Source: a virus (taxonomy: Duplodnaviria > Caudoviricetes). Taken from it: a stretch of DNA of 64,000 nt. Positions 36,201-45,336 of the stretch are shown here, in pieces; the first letter of the stretch is position 1; every line of letters begins with the position of its first letter. The stretch is taken from the IMG/VR virus record IMGVR_UViG_3300036045_000513, positions 1,201 through 65,200 of that record, one strand, 5' to 3'. The notes under the pieces are model-generated. The model saw only the letters and a list, made by a program, of their open reading frames with translations. It ran no database searches and was not told where the DNA came from. The position numbers and the translations under genes were made by a program.

Positions 36201-36788
36201 ATGGACGACCAGCGCATGATCCCGCTCACCTACGCGGCCGACGCGAGTCTCAACTACGAGCCAACGGCGCCGCACGACGTCGTCATCTTGTCCGGCACGC
36301 TCACCGCCAACCGCGACTTCGGACTTCGTGTCGGCGGTGCCCGCGAGGGCCAGGAACTCAAGATCGTGCGCACCGGCGGCGGCGCGTTCACGTGGTCAAT
36401 GCGCAACGGCAGCACCACCGGCACCGTGATCGCAACCTTCCCGGCAAGCCAGATCGGCATCGCGATCGTGAAGTTCAACGGATCGGCCTGGGTCCTCCTC
36501 GGCGGAACGAATCTCGAGGAGACGGACCTCGAGATCCACGGCACCTTCGCGTGGGATCCGGGCAACCTCGCCGACGGTGCCGGCGAGACGAAGGCTGACA
36601 TCGCGGCGACCGGCGCGGCGTTCGGCGACTACGTCGAAGTCGCGGCCCCCTACACCTTGCAGGGGATCACGCTGACCTCGTACGTGCACGCAACCGATAC
36701 CCTTGCCGCGCGGCTCCAAAACGAGAGCGGCGGCGCCGTCGACCTCGCATCGGGGACCTGGAAGTACAAGGTGCGCAAGGCGCGATAG
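36201..36788 (+). CDS. structural protein
   Basis: AAGGAG RBS; WDPGNLADGAGET..GAAFGDYV..VDLASGT. Confidence 0.7.
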   Translation: MDDQRMIPLTYAADASLNYEPTAPHDVVILSGTLTANRDFGLRVGGAREGQELKIVRTGGGAFTWSMRNGSTTGTVIATFPASQIGIAIVKFNGSAWVLLGGTNLEETDLEIHGTFAWDPGNLADGAGETKADIAATGAAFGDYVEVAAPYTLQGITLTSYVHATDTLAARLQNESGGAVDLASGTWKYKVRKAR

Positions 36789-36846
36789 CGAGCGCTTCAG
36801 CCGCAGTCGCCCCAATCTTGGCGGCTGCGACGGACGTGCTCTAGGA

Positions 36847-36887
36847 AAGGCCGGGCCCCGGCAACGGGACACCCGGCCTTTTTCTTT
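36847..36887 (+). terminator. Rho-independent terminator
   Basis: AAGGCCGGG...CCCGGCCTT followed by TTTCTTT. Confidence 0.65.
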
Positions 36888-36949
36888 CCACGCGCGGACT
36901 CCAAGGCCCCGAGAGGGATACCGGAAGGAGCGCACACCGAGGAGCTGTC

Positions 36950-37765
36950 ATGGCAGCAGAAGCAGAAGTAAGCGGCGAGAACGATTTCGCCGCGGGATTC
37001 GGCGTACCCGCAACCACACAGGACGGGGGAACCGACCCAGACGATCCCGAGAAGGATGCAACGGCGCTCGACACCGGGACGACGACAGAAACTTCCCCCA
37101 AGGGCGAGAAGTCCGAGGCCCATCTCGAGCAGGAGCTCTCGACCCTTCGCGGGAAGTACGACGCCGAGGTCCCGCGGCTGCACGACGAGGTCAAGGCCGC
37201 CAACGAGCGCGCCGCGAAAGCGGAAGCGGCGCTGAAGGCCAAGGACGAAGCTGAGGCGCAAGCCAGGGCCGACGCCGACTACAGGGACCCCGACTCGTTC
37301 GTGGCGCTTCGCGACCCGGAAGCGGCGCCGATCATCGCCAAGGCCGTCGAGGAGTTCGTGGAAGCGCGGCTGTCGCGCGCGATCGCGAAGCTCCCGAAAG
37401 CAGCGGCGCCGGCGGCAGTCGACAAGGACGAGATCGTCGACACCGCGGTTCGTAGAGCGATGCACTTCTCCGCGATCGCAGCTCGGCATCCGGACTTCGA
37501 CAACGTCGTCGGGTCCGCGAAGTTCAAGCAACACCTGTCGGCGCTTCCTGCCGTCGACCGCGAGAAAGCTCAAGCCGTCGTGGCGAAGGGCACGGCCACC
37601 GAAGTGATCGGCCTGCTCGACACCTACAAGAAGGCAAACGGCATCGCGATCTACGACAGCGACGTCGTCACCAGCCGCAGCACCGCCCCGAAGCTAGGAG
37701 GCGGCGCGCCGGACGCGGGCAAGGACGACTTCAACGCCGGTTTCAACCTGAAAGACCGCAAGTAG
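36950..37765 (+). CDS. scaffolding protein
   Basis: Acidic/Ala-rich; LRGKYDAEVPRL, IAARHPDF; precedes the capsid gene. Confidence 0.75.
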   Translation: MAAEAEVSGENDFAAGFGVPATTQDGGTDPDDPEKDATALDTGTTTETSPKGEKSEAHLEQELSTLRGKYDAEVPRLHDEVKAANERAAKAEAALKAKDEAEAQARADADYRDPDSFVALRDPEAAPIIAKAVEEFVEARLSRAIAKLPKAAAPAAVDKDEIVDTAVRRAMHFSAIAARHPDFDNVVGSAKFKQHLSALPAVDREKAQAVVAKGTATEVIGLLDTYKKANGIAIYDSDVVTSRSTAPKLGGGAPDAGKDDFNAGFNLKDRK

Positions 37766-37839
37766 CACGCGTGTGACGGGGCCAGTCAACTCCCCGCTCA
37801 CACGAACACCCCTGTTCATGTGAACGAAAGGAGCAACAA

Positions 37840-38829
37840 ATGGCCGGTCCCACCCTCTTCGGAGACATTTCGCCGCGCACAGCGGGTTACGTCGTCCGCG
37901 AGCTCCTCGAGCGCGGCTTCCCCTACCTCGTTTTCGAGAAGTGGGGCCAGTCGAAGCCGCTGCCCGGGCGCTCCACCATGACCATGATCTTCCGGCGCTA
38001 CCTCGCGCTCGACTCGACGCCGAACACCCTGCAGGAAGGCGTCACGCCGAAAACGAAGCAGCTGAAGAAGGTCGACCTTCAGGTCACGCTACAGCAGTAC
38101 GGCGACGGCCTGACGACAACCGATATCGTGGAGGACACCCACGAGGATCCGGTGCTCTCGGAGATGCAGGACGTGCTCTCCGAGCAGGCCGCGATCATGA
38201 TCGAAAAGGTCCGGTTCAACGTCGTCAAGGCCGGTACCACCGTGTTCTACGCGAACGGCACCACGCGCTCGGCGGTGAACACGAAGATCACCACCAGCCT
38301 GCAACGCCGGGTCACCCGGTTCCTGAAACGGAAGTTCGCGCGGAAGGTCACCAAGATCATCCGCTCGACCGCCGCGTTCGGGACGGTCAACGTCGACGGC
38401 GCATTCATGTGCGCGGTGCACTCCGATGCGGAGGGCGACGTTCGCGACATGTTCGGCTTCAAGGCGCGCGAGGACTACGGTTCCCTCCCGGCGATGGAGA
38501 ACGAGATCGGGAAGGTCGAGGACGTGCGCTACGTCGAGAGCCAGATCATCGAGCCCTGGGCGGATGCCGGCGGGACCGCCGGCGGCGCGGTCCTTTCGAC
38601 CCTCGGCACCTCGGCCGACGTCTACCCCGCGCTCTACTTCGCGCGCGACGCCTACGCGATCACCGCGCTCAAGGGCCAGTTCGCGATCACCCCGATGGTC
38701 GTGAATCGGAAGCCCTCCGACAGCGACCCCTGGGCGCAGCGCACCCACGTGACGTGGAAAACGATGCAGGGCGCGATCATCCTCAACGACGAGTGGATGG
38801 GACGCTCTGAAATCGCCGTGTCGGCGTAA
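37840..38829 (+). CDS. major capsid protein, N4-gp56 family
   Basis: FGDISPRTA, FRRY, L.EGVTP, QYG, DTHEDPVL, EIGKVEDVRYV, DVYP, SDPWAQR. Confidence 0.92.
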   Translation: MAGPTLFGDISPRTAGYVVRELLERGFPYLVFEKWGQSKPLPGRSTMTMIFRRYLALDSTPNTLQEGVTPKTKQLKKVDLQVTLQQYGDGLTTTDIVEDTHEDPVLSEMQDVLSEQAAIMIEKVRFNVVKAGTTVFYANGTTRSAVNTKITTSLQRRVTRFLKRKFARKVTKIIRSTAAFGTVNVDGAFMCAVHSDAEGDVRDMFGFKAREDYGSLPAMENEIGKVEDVRYVESQIIEPWADAGGTAGGAVLSTLGTSADVYPALYFARDAYAITALKGQFAITPMVVNRKPSDSDPWAQRTHVTWKTMQGAIILNDEWMGRSEIAVSA

Positions 38830-38862
38830 CCCGGCTGACTCACTGAAAGGAGACACAAGACC

Positions 38863-39558
38863 ATGCGTACCTACGCCGACGTACTGCGGCAACCCGAGCG
38901 CGACATCGGGCTCGACAACCTGTTCGCGTACCTCAACCTCGCCCTCACCGCGGGCGCGACGACCGTCAACAACCAGAACGTTCTCCACGGCATGGTGGAC
39001 GGCATCCTGGTGACGAAGGCCGCCGGCGCGACCGCGGTGGCGACCGCCGGCCCTGCGTTCAGCGCGTTCGCCGACGGGCAGACGATCTACGGGAACCTGC
39101 TCCTCGGTTCCGATGCGGCCTGGCTGATCCAGCAGGGCGCCGTCGGGCTCGGCGTGCCGGACCCGAACGACCTCCACACCGCGCTCGCCGGCGTCATCAC
39201 GGCGGTCAACACCGCCAACCCGGTGCAGATCACGAGCTCGGCGCACGGCCTCAAGACGGGAGACCAGATCCTCGTCGACGGCCTCCCGGCGCTCACGATC
39301 AACGGCAAGCGGTTCAAGGTGACCCGCGTTGACGCGAACAACGTGACGCTGAACGGCGTCAACGGCGCGACGATCGGGACCTACACCTCCGGCGGGTTCT
39401 GGCGTTCGCAGCGCCTCGCGCGGATCTTCTGCGCGGTCCTCAAGGTGGTGCTGTCCGGTTCCTCGGGCTTCACCTTCGGCACCACGAACTGGAACGCGAC
39501 GGGGGTGACCGCGAGCGCGCTCCACTACGCGGTGGCGCCGGCGGGCGAGAAGCCGTAA
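38863..39558 (+). CDS. capsid decoration-like protein with an E1-FCCH-like beta domain
   Basis: ITAVNTANPVQITSSAHGLKTGDQI..INGKRFKVT..YTSGG. Confidence 0.65.
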   Translation: MRTYADVLRQPERDIGLDNLFAYLNLALTAGATTVNNQNVLHGMVDGILVTKAAGATAVATAGPAFSAFADGQTIYGNLLLGSDAAWLIQQGAVGLGVPDPNDLHTALAGVITAVNTANPVQITSSAHGLKTGDQILVDGLPALTINGKRFKVTRVDANNVTLNGVNGATIGTYTSGGFWRSQRLARIFCAVLKVVLSGSSGFTFGTTNWNATGVTASALHYAVAPAGEKP

Positions 39559-39581
39559 CCGTCTCTTCGCTGCCATCCTGT

Positions 39582-39610
39582 GCGGGGGCCTTCGGGCCCC
39601 CGCTTCTTTT
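39582..39610 (+). terminator. Rho-independent terminator
   Basis: GCGGGGGCC-TTCG-GGCCCCCGC-TTCTTTT. Confidence 0.85.
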
Positions 39611-39633
39611 CACCCCAACCCAAGGAGTCGGAC

Positions 39634-40155
39634 ATGAACATCGCCCGCATGGACCGCGCGGCGCTCCTCACGCTGTGCGACGAGGCCAACATCCGCGTCG
39701 ACAACCCGGAGGCGATCACCCGCGAGGAGCTCATGAAGCTGCTCCGCCGGCGCGAGCAGCAGATCACCGCCCAGGACAAGACCTTCACCGTGCCGGACTC
39801 CAAGACCGCGATCATGGTCGACGTGTTCGTCCCGGCCGAGAAGGATCCCGCTCGCAACACGCCGGTCGTGCAGACCGTGAACGGGAACGACTGGCGGATC
39901 CCGCGCGGGGTCAAGGTCAAGGTCCCGGACTACATCGCGATCGCGCTCGAGGACGGCGCGGTGGAAACATCGTTCGTCGACACCGGTCGTCGCAACGACG
40001 ACGGCGGCACGATCTACAGCGAGATCCACACCAACCGCTTCGGCACGCAGGTCTACTGGCCGCCGGATCACCCGTTCGTGAAGGACCGCGAGGCCCGCGC
40101 GAACCAAGCCGCGGAACGCGCCGGCCTGACGCAGCGAATCGCCGTCCCGGCGTAA
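39634..40155 (+). CDS. conserved phage protein
   Basis: VNG..W.IPRGVKVKVP..I...LEDG motif. Confidence 0.7.
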   Translation: MNIARMDRAALLTLCDEANIRVDNPEAITREELMKLLRRREQQITAQDKTFTVPDSKTAIMVDVFVPAEKDPARNTPVVQTVNGNDWRIPRGVKVKVPDYIAIALEDGAVETSFVDTGRRNDDGGTIYSEIHTNRFGTQVYWPPDHPFVKDREARANQAAERAGLTQRIAVPA

Positions 40156-40161
40156 GCGGTC

Positions 40162-40494
40162 GTGGCGATCACCAACCAGTCGATCGTCGACATGGCAAGG
40201 GTCGACGTGAACGACGCGGCGAAGGATCGCCACTCGGACGCGAACGGGATGGCGTACCTGAACGACTTCATCCAGCTCGCCTACTCGGTGCGGCCGGATC
40301 TTCGCTTCGGGTCCGGATGGCCGGCGGTGACCGACCTCGCCATCGGCGCCAACTTCCCGCTGTCCGAGAAGTACCGGCAGGCCGCCGCGGCCTACGTCGT
40401 TGCCAGGTGGGAAGCGAAGGATGACGAGCACAGCATCACGGCGCGCTTCGCCACGATGCTGAAACTCGGAATCGACGGGGTCAGGGGCCTGTGA
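40162..40494 (+). CDS. head-tail adaptor-like protein
   Basis: ARVDVND...RHSD..YLND...VRPD, YVVARWE.KDDE. Confidence 0.65.
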   Translation: MAITNQSIVDMARVDVNDAAKDRHSDANGMAYLNDFIQLAYSVRPDLRFGSGWPAVTDLAIGANFPLSEKYRQAAAAYVVARWEAKDDEHSITARFATMLKLGIDGVRGL

Positions 40495-41363
40495 CCGCGC
40501 TCACCGCGTTCTACGACAAGGTCGTCAGCGACCTCGCGGGATGTGAGCCGGCGTTCGCCCTGAGCTACATCCGCGACGCCGCGATCGAGTTCTTCCAGCG
40601 TTCTAGGACCTGGCGCGAACCGAGCGCGCCGATCACCCTGAAGTACGCCGCAATCAGCGGGATCACGAAGGCGAACCCCGGCGTCGTCACCGCGACCGGG
40701 CACCCGTTCGCGAACGGGGAGAGCGTGCTGCTCGCCAACGTCGGCGGCATGGTGCAGGTGAACGGGTACCTTTTCACTGTTGCGAGCGCGGCCGCAAACA
40801 CGTTCGCGCTCGGCGTCGACACCTCCACCTTCGGCACCTTCACGAGTGGCGGTGACGCGGCGCAGGCCGCTGTGCTCGTCGCCTCCCCGACTGCCGGCGC
40901 CGTCATCTCGGACGTCACCGACGGCGCCAACTACTACGGCCGGCAGGTCGATCCGCTTGCGGTGCTCGAGCTCAAGGAGCGCTACGGCGCGATGTGGCGC
41001 CACCTCATCGGCGAGCCGCGGACTGTCCACATGACCGACGAGGCCGGCACTTGCCGCTTCGTGCCGGCGCCAGGCGAGACGCTGCGCAACTTCGTGCAGC
41101 TAGAGCTGGCGCTGAAGCCCGCGCAGGACGCGACCACGCTCCCGGACGCGATCTACGACCGTTACCGCGAGGACATCGAGTTCGGCGCCCGGGCCAAGCT
41201 CCGGGCCCTTCCCGACAAGCCGTGGTCGAACGCGGAAGTCGCGATGGCGCTGGAAGCCGAGTTCAATCGGCGGATCAGTCTCGCCCGCAACCGCGTGATG
41301 CGCTCCCGCACCCGGGGGCCGATCACCGCGGTTCCGGTGTCGTTTGAAACCCCCGACTGGTGA
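40491..41363 (+). CDS. adaptor/tail protein with an inserted FCCH-like domain
   Basis: IRDAAIEFF.RS..WR, ITKANPGVVTATGH, LALKP, I.FGA.A.L..PDKPWSN. Confidence 0.7.
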   Translation: MTALTAFYDKVVSDLAGCEPAFALSYIRDAAIEFFQRSRTWREPSAPITLKYAAISGITKANPGVVTATGHPFANGESVLLANVGGMVQVNGYLFTVASAAANTFALGVDTSTFGTFTSGGDAAQAAVLVASPTAGAVISDVTDGANYYGRQVDPLAVLELKERYGAMWRHLIGEPRTVHMTDEAGTCRFVPAPGETLRNFVQLELALKPAQDATTLPDAIYDRYREDIEFGARAKLRALPDKPWSNAEVAMALEAEFNRRISLARNRVMRSRTRGPITAVPVSFETPDW

Positions 41364-41375
41364 AAGGAGGGTGTC

Positions 41376-42071
41376 GTGCTGGAGAGCCTCGATCCCGTCA
41401 CCGACGCGGAAGCTCGCCGGTTCACCACGATCGTGAAACTCGTGTCGTGGGGCGCTTGGTTCCTCGTCGTGGCGCTCGTCATCTTGCTGCCGGCGCTGTT
41501 CTTCTTCGCCGGCAAAGCACGCGCCGACGACACGGCGATCATGCTGGTGGCCTCGGCCGACCTCGATCAGCCGCAGTGGCAGCGCACCGTGGTCGTGGTG
41601 ACGCGGATGCCATCCGGCGGACACCTCGGCCTCATCGTGAACCGGCCGACGAAGATGACGATGGCGAAGCTCTTCCCGGACTTCGCCCCCGCCCGGAACG
41701 TCCGCGAGCCCATCTACTTCGGCGGGCCGCACCACACCGACATGGTCGCGATGGTGGCGAAGCGCGAGCCGAACGGGCCGCATCAGATCCGGCTGATGCC
41801 GGGCGCCACGCTCACCTTCCGCGCCGACACGATAGACGAGCAACTCACGCGCGCTCCGAACGAGGCCCGGTACTTCGTCGGGGTCGTGGTCTGGATGCCA
41901 GGCGAGATGGAGTCCGAGGTCGATCGAGGGTTCTGGCTGCAGGCGCCGGCACCATCCAACGCCCTGTTCGTGCGCGACACCTCACGGATGTGGGAGGACA
42001 TGCACCGCGCGGCGCGAGGAACGAAGGTCGAGGCACCGACGTTCGCGCCGCTCCTCGGTATCCGGGGGTGA
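41376..42071 (+). CDS. YqgE/AlgH (DUF179) family protein with an N-terminal TM/signal segment
   Basis: LVAS..L..P.WQRTVV..GLIVNRP, PIYFGGP, RYFVG...W.PGE.ESEV..G.W. Confidence 0.8.
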   Translation: MLESLDPVTDAEARRFTTIVKLVSWGAWFLVVALVILLPALFFFAGKARADDTAIMLVASADLDQPQWQRTVVVVTRMPSGGHLGLIVNRPTKMTMAKLFPDFAPARNVREPIYFGGPHHTDMVAMVAKREPNGPHQIRLMPGATLTFRADTIDEQLTRAPNEARYFVGVVVWMPGEMESEVDRGFWLQAPAPSNALFVRDTSRMWEDMHRAARGTKVEAPTFAPLLGIRG

Positions 42072-42072
42072 C

Positions 42073-42732
42073 GTGCTCACCGTCGAAGTCCTGCTCTCGG
42101 TCATGCCCAGGGCGGGGCGGGCGGCTGACCGCTTCGTAGAACCGCTCAACGTCGCCGCGGCGCGCTACGAGATCGCGAACCCGGCAAGGCTCGCAATGTG
42201 GCTCGCCATCATCGGGCACGAGTCCGCAGACCTGACGACGCTCGAGGAGAACCTGAACTACTCGGCCGAGGGGCTCGCGAACACCTGGCCAGGCCGGTTC
42301 CGCGAGCAGCACTTCGACGATCTCCGCGGCGAGCTGCGCGCGCGGCCGACGGCGGTGGCGCAGGCGATCGCGCGCAACCCCGAGCGCATCGCGAACCTCG
42401 TCTACGCCGACCGGATGGGCAACGGCGCGGAGACATCCGGGGATGGATGGCTCTACCGCGGCCGCGGCCCGATCCAGATCACCGGCCGTGACCTCTACCG
42501 CAAGGCAGGCGAGGCGACCGGCTACAACCTCGAGACGAGCCCCGAGCTCGCCCTCGAGCCGATGGTCGGAGCGCTCGTAGCCGGATGGGTGTTCGCGGTC
42601 GAGAAGGACTGCTGCGGCCCTTCGGACCAGCAGGACATCGTGACGGTGACACGGCGAATCAATGGCGGTCTGACCGGACTCGAGGACCGACGACTGCGCT
42701 ACGCCCGTGCGAAACGGGTGCTGGCTGTGTGA
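42073..42732 (+). CDS. endolysin, GH19 family
   Basis: GHES, EENLNYSA, IANLVYADRMGNG, DGWLYRGRGPIQITGR, RRINGGLTGLEDR. Confidence 0.93.
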   Translation: MLTVEVLLSVMPRAGRAADRFVEPLNVAAARYEIANPARLAMWLAIIGHESADLTTLEENLNYSAEGLANTWPGRFREQHFDDLRGELRARPTAVAQAIARNPERIANLVYADRMGNGAETSGDGWLYRGRGPIQITGRDLYRKAGEATGYNLETSPELALEPMVGALVAGWVFAVEKDCCGPSDQQDIVTVTRRINGGLTGLEDRRLRYARAKRVLAV

Positions 42733-42881
42733 CCTCGGCGACGCGCTTCTGCGCGCGCTGATCCGCTTCGTCATCTTCGTCGGGTGCTGTCTCTGGCTGC
42801 TCGGGAATCTTCTCGTGCAGCCGCCCGATGACGACGACGTCGACCCGCCCCGGTAGGGGTATCACGCGAAAGGAGATGCAC

Positions 42882-43052
42882 ATGGACTTCCTCACCCGCT
42901 TCAAGGAACCGTCGACCTACGCGGCGCTCGCCGCGGCCTTCGTCGCCCTCGGCGTCGCCCTCCCGCCGGGCCTGCTCGAGACGCTGACGCAGATCGGCAC
43001 CGGTATCGCCGTGCTGCTCGGCATGTTCATCCCCGAAGGCTCGAAGGATTAG
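42882..43052 (+). CDS. holin candidate
   Basis: RFKEPSTYAAL plus two TM segments. Confidence 0.7.
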   Translation: MDFLTRFKEPSTYAALAAAFVALGVALPPGLLETLTQIGTGIAVLLGMFIPEGSKD

Positions 43053-43057
43053 CGCCC

Positions 43058-43384
43058 GTGGGCCGGCTCATTCGTGCCGGGATCGTGGTGCTGGCGGTGT
43101 TCATCGCCGCCTGCGCCACGACACCCACCACGCCCCGCCAGGGCGTCGCGGCCTGCTACTCGTCCGTGGCGGCCAGTTTCAACTCGGCCGCCGACGTGAA
43201 AGCAAGAGGCGCTTTGCCCAAAGACGTCGAGGACAAGGTGCTCAAGGCCGGCGACGAGGCGCTGAGGGCGTGCGACGCCGCCCGCATCGCTCTGGCCGGC
43301 GGTGACCTATCCACCACGAACGGGAAACTCAAGGCCGCCGAATCGGCCCTGCTCATTCTCGAATCGCAACTGAAAGGACGCTGA
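43058..43384 (+). CDS. lipoprotein in the lysis region
   Basis: Signal peptide with lipobox IAAC. Confidence 0.65.
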   Translation: MGRLIRAGIVVLAVFIAACATTPTTPRQGVAACYSSVAASFNSAADVKARGALPKDVEDKVLKAGDEALRACDAARIALAGGDLSTTNGKLKAAESALLILESQLKGR

Positions 43385-43385
43385 C

Positions 43386-43577
43386 ATGGGCGGAGTACTC
43401 GAAGCGGTGAGCATCATCCTGTCGCTCGTCCAGGTCGGGCGCAACGCCTACGAGGAGGCCGAGAAGATCGGCGCTCTCATCAAGCAGGCGCAGGCCGAGA
43501 ACCGCGACCTCACCAACGCCGAGCTCGACGCGGTACGGCACTCAGCCGAGCTGGCAAGGGCGCGGCTGGTCGGGTAA
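43386..43577 (+). CDS. hypothetical protein
   Basis: AQAENRDLTNAELD. Confidence 0.55.
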   Translation: MGGVLEAVSIILSLVQVGRNAYEEAEKIGALIKQAQAENRDLTNAELDAVRHSAELARARLVG

Positions 43578-43580
43578 GCC

Positions 43581-43859
43581 GTGTCCCTCGAGCTCGCGCT
43601 GTCGTTCATCGCCGCCGGCTTCGGTGCCCTCGCCATGTTCATGGTCGCCGCGTTCTGGCGCCGCCTTGAGCAAGGCGAGGCCCGATTCTCCGAGGTCGAG
43701 CGGGCGCTGAACGACTTCCGGGTGCATGTCGCCAGCACCTACGTCCGCGCGCCGGACCTCGCCATCGCGATGGACGGCGTGCGGCGCGAACTCGCCCGGT
43801 TCGAGATTCACCTCGAGCGCATCGAGGGCAAGATCGACGGCGTCAACAGGCAGGGGTAA
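43581..43859 (+). CDS. TM plus coiled-coil protein
   Basis: N-terminal TM segment, YVR..D..LERIEGKID. Confidence 0.6.
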   Translation: MSLELALSFIAAGFGALAMFMVAAFWRRLEQGEARFSEVERALNDFRVHVASTYVRAPDLAIAMDGVRRELARFEIHLERIEGKIDGVNRQG

Positions 43860-43862
43860 GCG

Positions 43863-44780
43863 ATGTCCTACGTCGCCTCCAACAACTCCACCGCTAAACT
43901 CGCGAGCTCGATCAACAACACGACCGACTTCTCGTTCACGGTCGAGAGCGGGAAGGGGGCGCTGTTCCCGACGCTCTCCGGGGCCGATCACACGCTGGTG
44001 ACCTTGGAGAAGCCGGACGGGACCAAGGAAATCTGGAAGATCACCAGCATCACCGGGGACACCCTCTCCGCTGGCTCGACGGCGAACCGCGCGCAAGAAG
44101 GCACCTCGATGCAGGCATTCTCGGTCGGGGATGTCGTTGAGGGCCGGCCGACCAAATCAGTCGTCGAGGAAGCGCTCGCCCTGTCGGGCAAGGCTGCGAT
44201 CAGCGCGATCAAGGACCTCACGCCGGCGGCAGATCGGGTGGCGTACTACACCGGCGCCTCGGCTGCGGCGCTTGCGGTGTTCACCGCGTTCGCGCGCTCG
44301 ATCCTAGACGACGTCGATGCGCCTACCGCGCGCACGACGCTCGGGGTGGAACCAGCCTTCGCGTCAGGTACGCGATGGGTGTTCCAGCAGACATCGGCCC
44401 CGACCGGCTACGTGAAGGAAACGAACGCGACCTACAACGACGCCGCGCTGCGCTTCACGACTGGCACGGTCGGGACCGGCGGGGCCGATGCGTTCAACAC
44501 GCTGTTCGGGACGAGCAAGACGACAGCCGGGCATTCGCTCGCAACGAGTGAGATTCCATCCCACGTTCACGTAGTCGGCCCGCACACGCATCCAGACGGC
44601 GCGCCGAACCCCTCGTTAGCTGGCGGCGGCGCCCCAATCAACGTCAACGGCGGCGGCGCTGCTACGGGAGCCAGCACTTCGTTCGACACATCCCCGACAG
44701 GTGGCGGCGGCGCCCACAGCCACACCCTGAACAACATGAACCTGAAGTTCGTCGACTGCATCGTGGCGGCGAAGGCGTAG
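43863..44780 (+). CDS. tail fibre/baseplate-like protein
   Basis: RAQEGT...F..GD.VE.R.T; FARSILDD.DA..ARTTLG; FQQTSAPTGY; L..SEIPSH.H. Confidence 0.75.
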   Translation: MSYVASNNSTAKLASSINNTTDFSFTVESGKGALFPTLSGADHTLVTLEKPDGTKEIWKITSITGDTLSAGSTANRAQEGTSMQAFSVGDVVEGRPTKSVVEEALALSGKAAISAIKDLTPAADRVAYYTGASAAALAVFTAFARSILDDVDAPTARTTLGVEPAFASGTRWVFQQTSAPTGYVKETNATYNDAALRFTTGTVGTGGADAFNTLFGTSKTTAGHSLATSEIPSHVHVVGPHTHPDGAPNPSLAGGGAPINVNGGGAATGASTSFDTSPTGGGGAHSHTLNNMNLKFVDCIVAAKA

Positions 44781-44782
44781 CG

Positions 44783-45136
44783 ATGAAGAAGAAGCCGCTT
44801 TGCCCGGAGTTCAAGACCCCGTGCAAGGAATATGGGTGCGTCGCGTGGCAGAACGCGCCGGTCGAGGCGGTCGACGAGTTCACCGGCGCGCGCACGACCA
44901 AGATGCACGGCGGCTGCACCCTGTATTTCTGGATCCCGCTCTACCTGAAAGGTATCGCCAATCGCGCCGACGGCACGCAGCGGGCCGTCGAGGAGCACCG
45001 CAATCAGGCGCGCGAGGCCAATGTCGCCACCATCGCCGCGCTCGGCAGGCTCCGCAACGCCGCGGAGATTGCCGCGCTGCGCCAGTTGCCGGCGTTCGAG
45101 GTCACTGCCCTGCCGCAGAAGGAACCACCGACATGA
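44783..45136 (+). CDS. Cys-containing tail-associated protein
   Basis: CP...C....C.W...GC...W.P...AVEEHRN. Confidence 0.65.
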   Translation: MKKKPLCPEFKTPCKEYGCVAWQNAPVEAVDEFTGARTTKMHGGCTLYFWIPLYLKGIANRADGTQRAVEEHRNQAREANVATIAALGRLRNAAEIAALRQLPAFEVTALPQKEPPT

Positions 45137-45336
45137 CCGAAATCGACGTCCGCAGCGCCGTGAACCTGGACCAGGTGCGGATCCGCTTCGCCGACAACCT
45201 GTACCTCACCGGGACGAAGGATGATCCGCGTCTCGCGCTGATGCAGGACGGCAACGCGAGCCCGCTGCTACGGATCCCGAAGGCTCAGGTCGACGCGTTC
45301 GGCGCCGCGCTCCTGATGGCGATGCGCGTCTGGTAG
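45133..45336 (+). CDS. hypothetical protein
   Basis: ATGA coupling. Confidence 0.5.
   Translation: MTEIDVRSAVNLDQVRIRFADNLYLTGTKDDPRLALMQDGNASPLLRIPKAQVDAFGAALLMAMRVW

Noticed and set aside
42707-42856. Small TM ORF overlapping the endolysin end (VRNGCWLCDLGDALLRALIRFVIFVG...)
   Set aside because: Plausible but has no clear RBS or recognisable family; insufficient support
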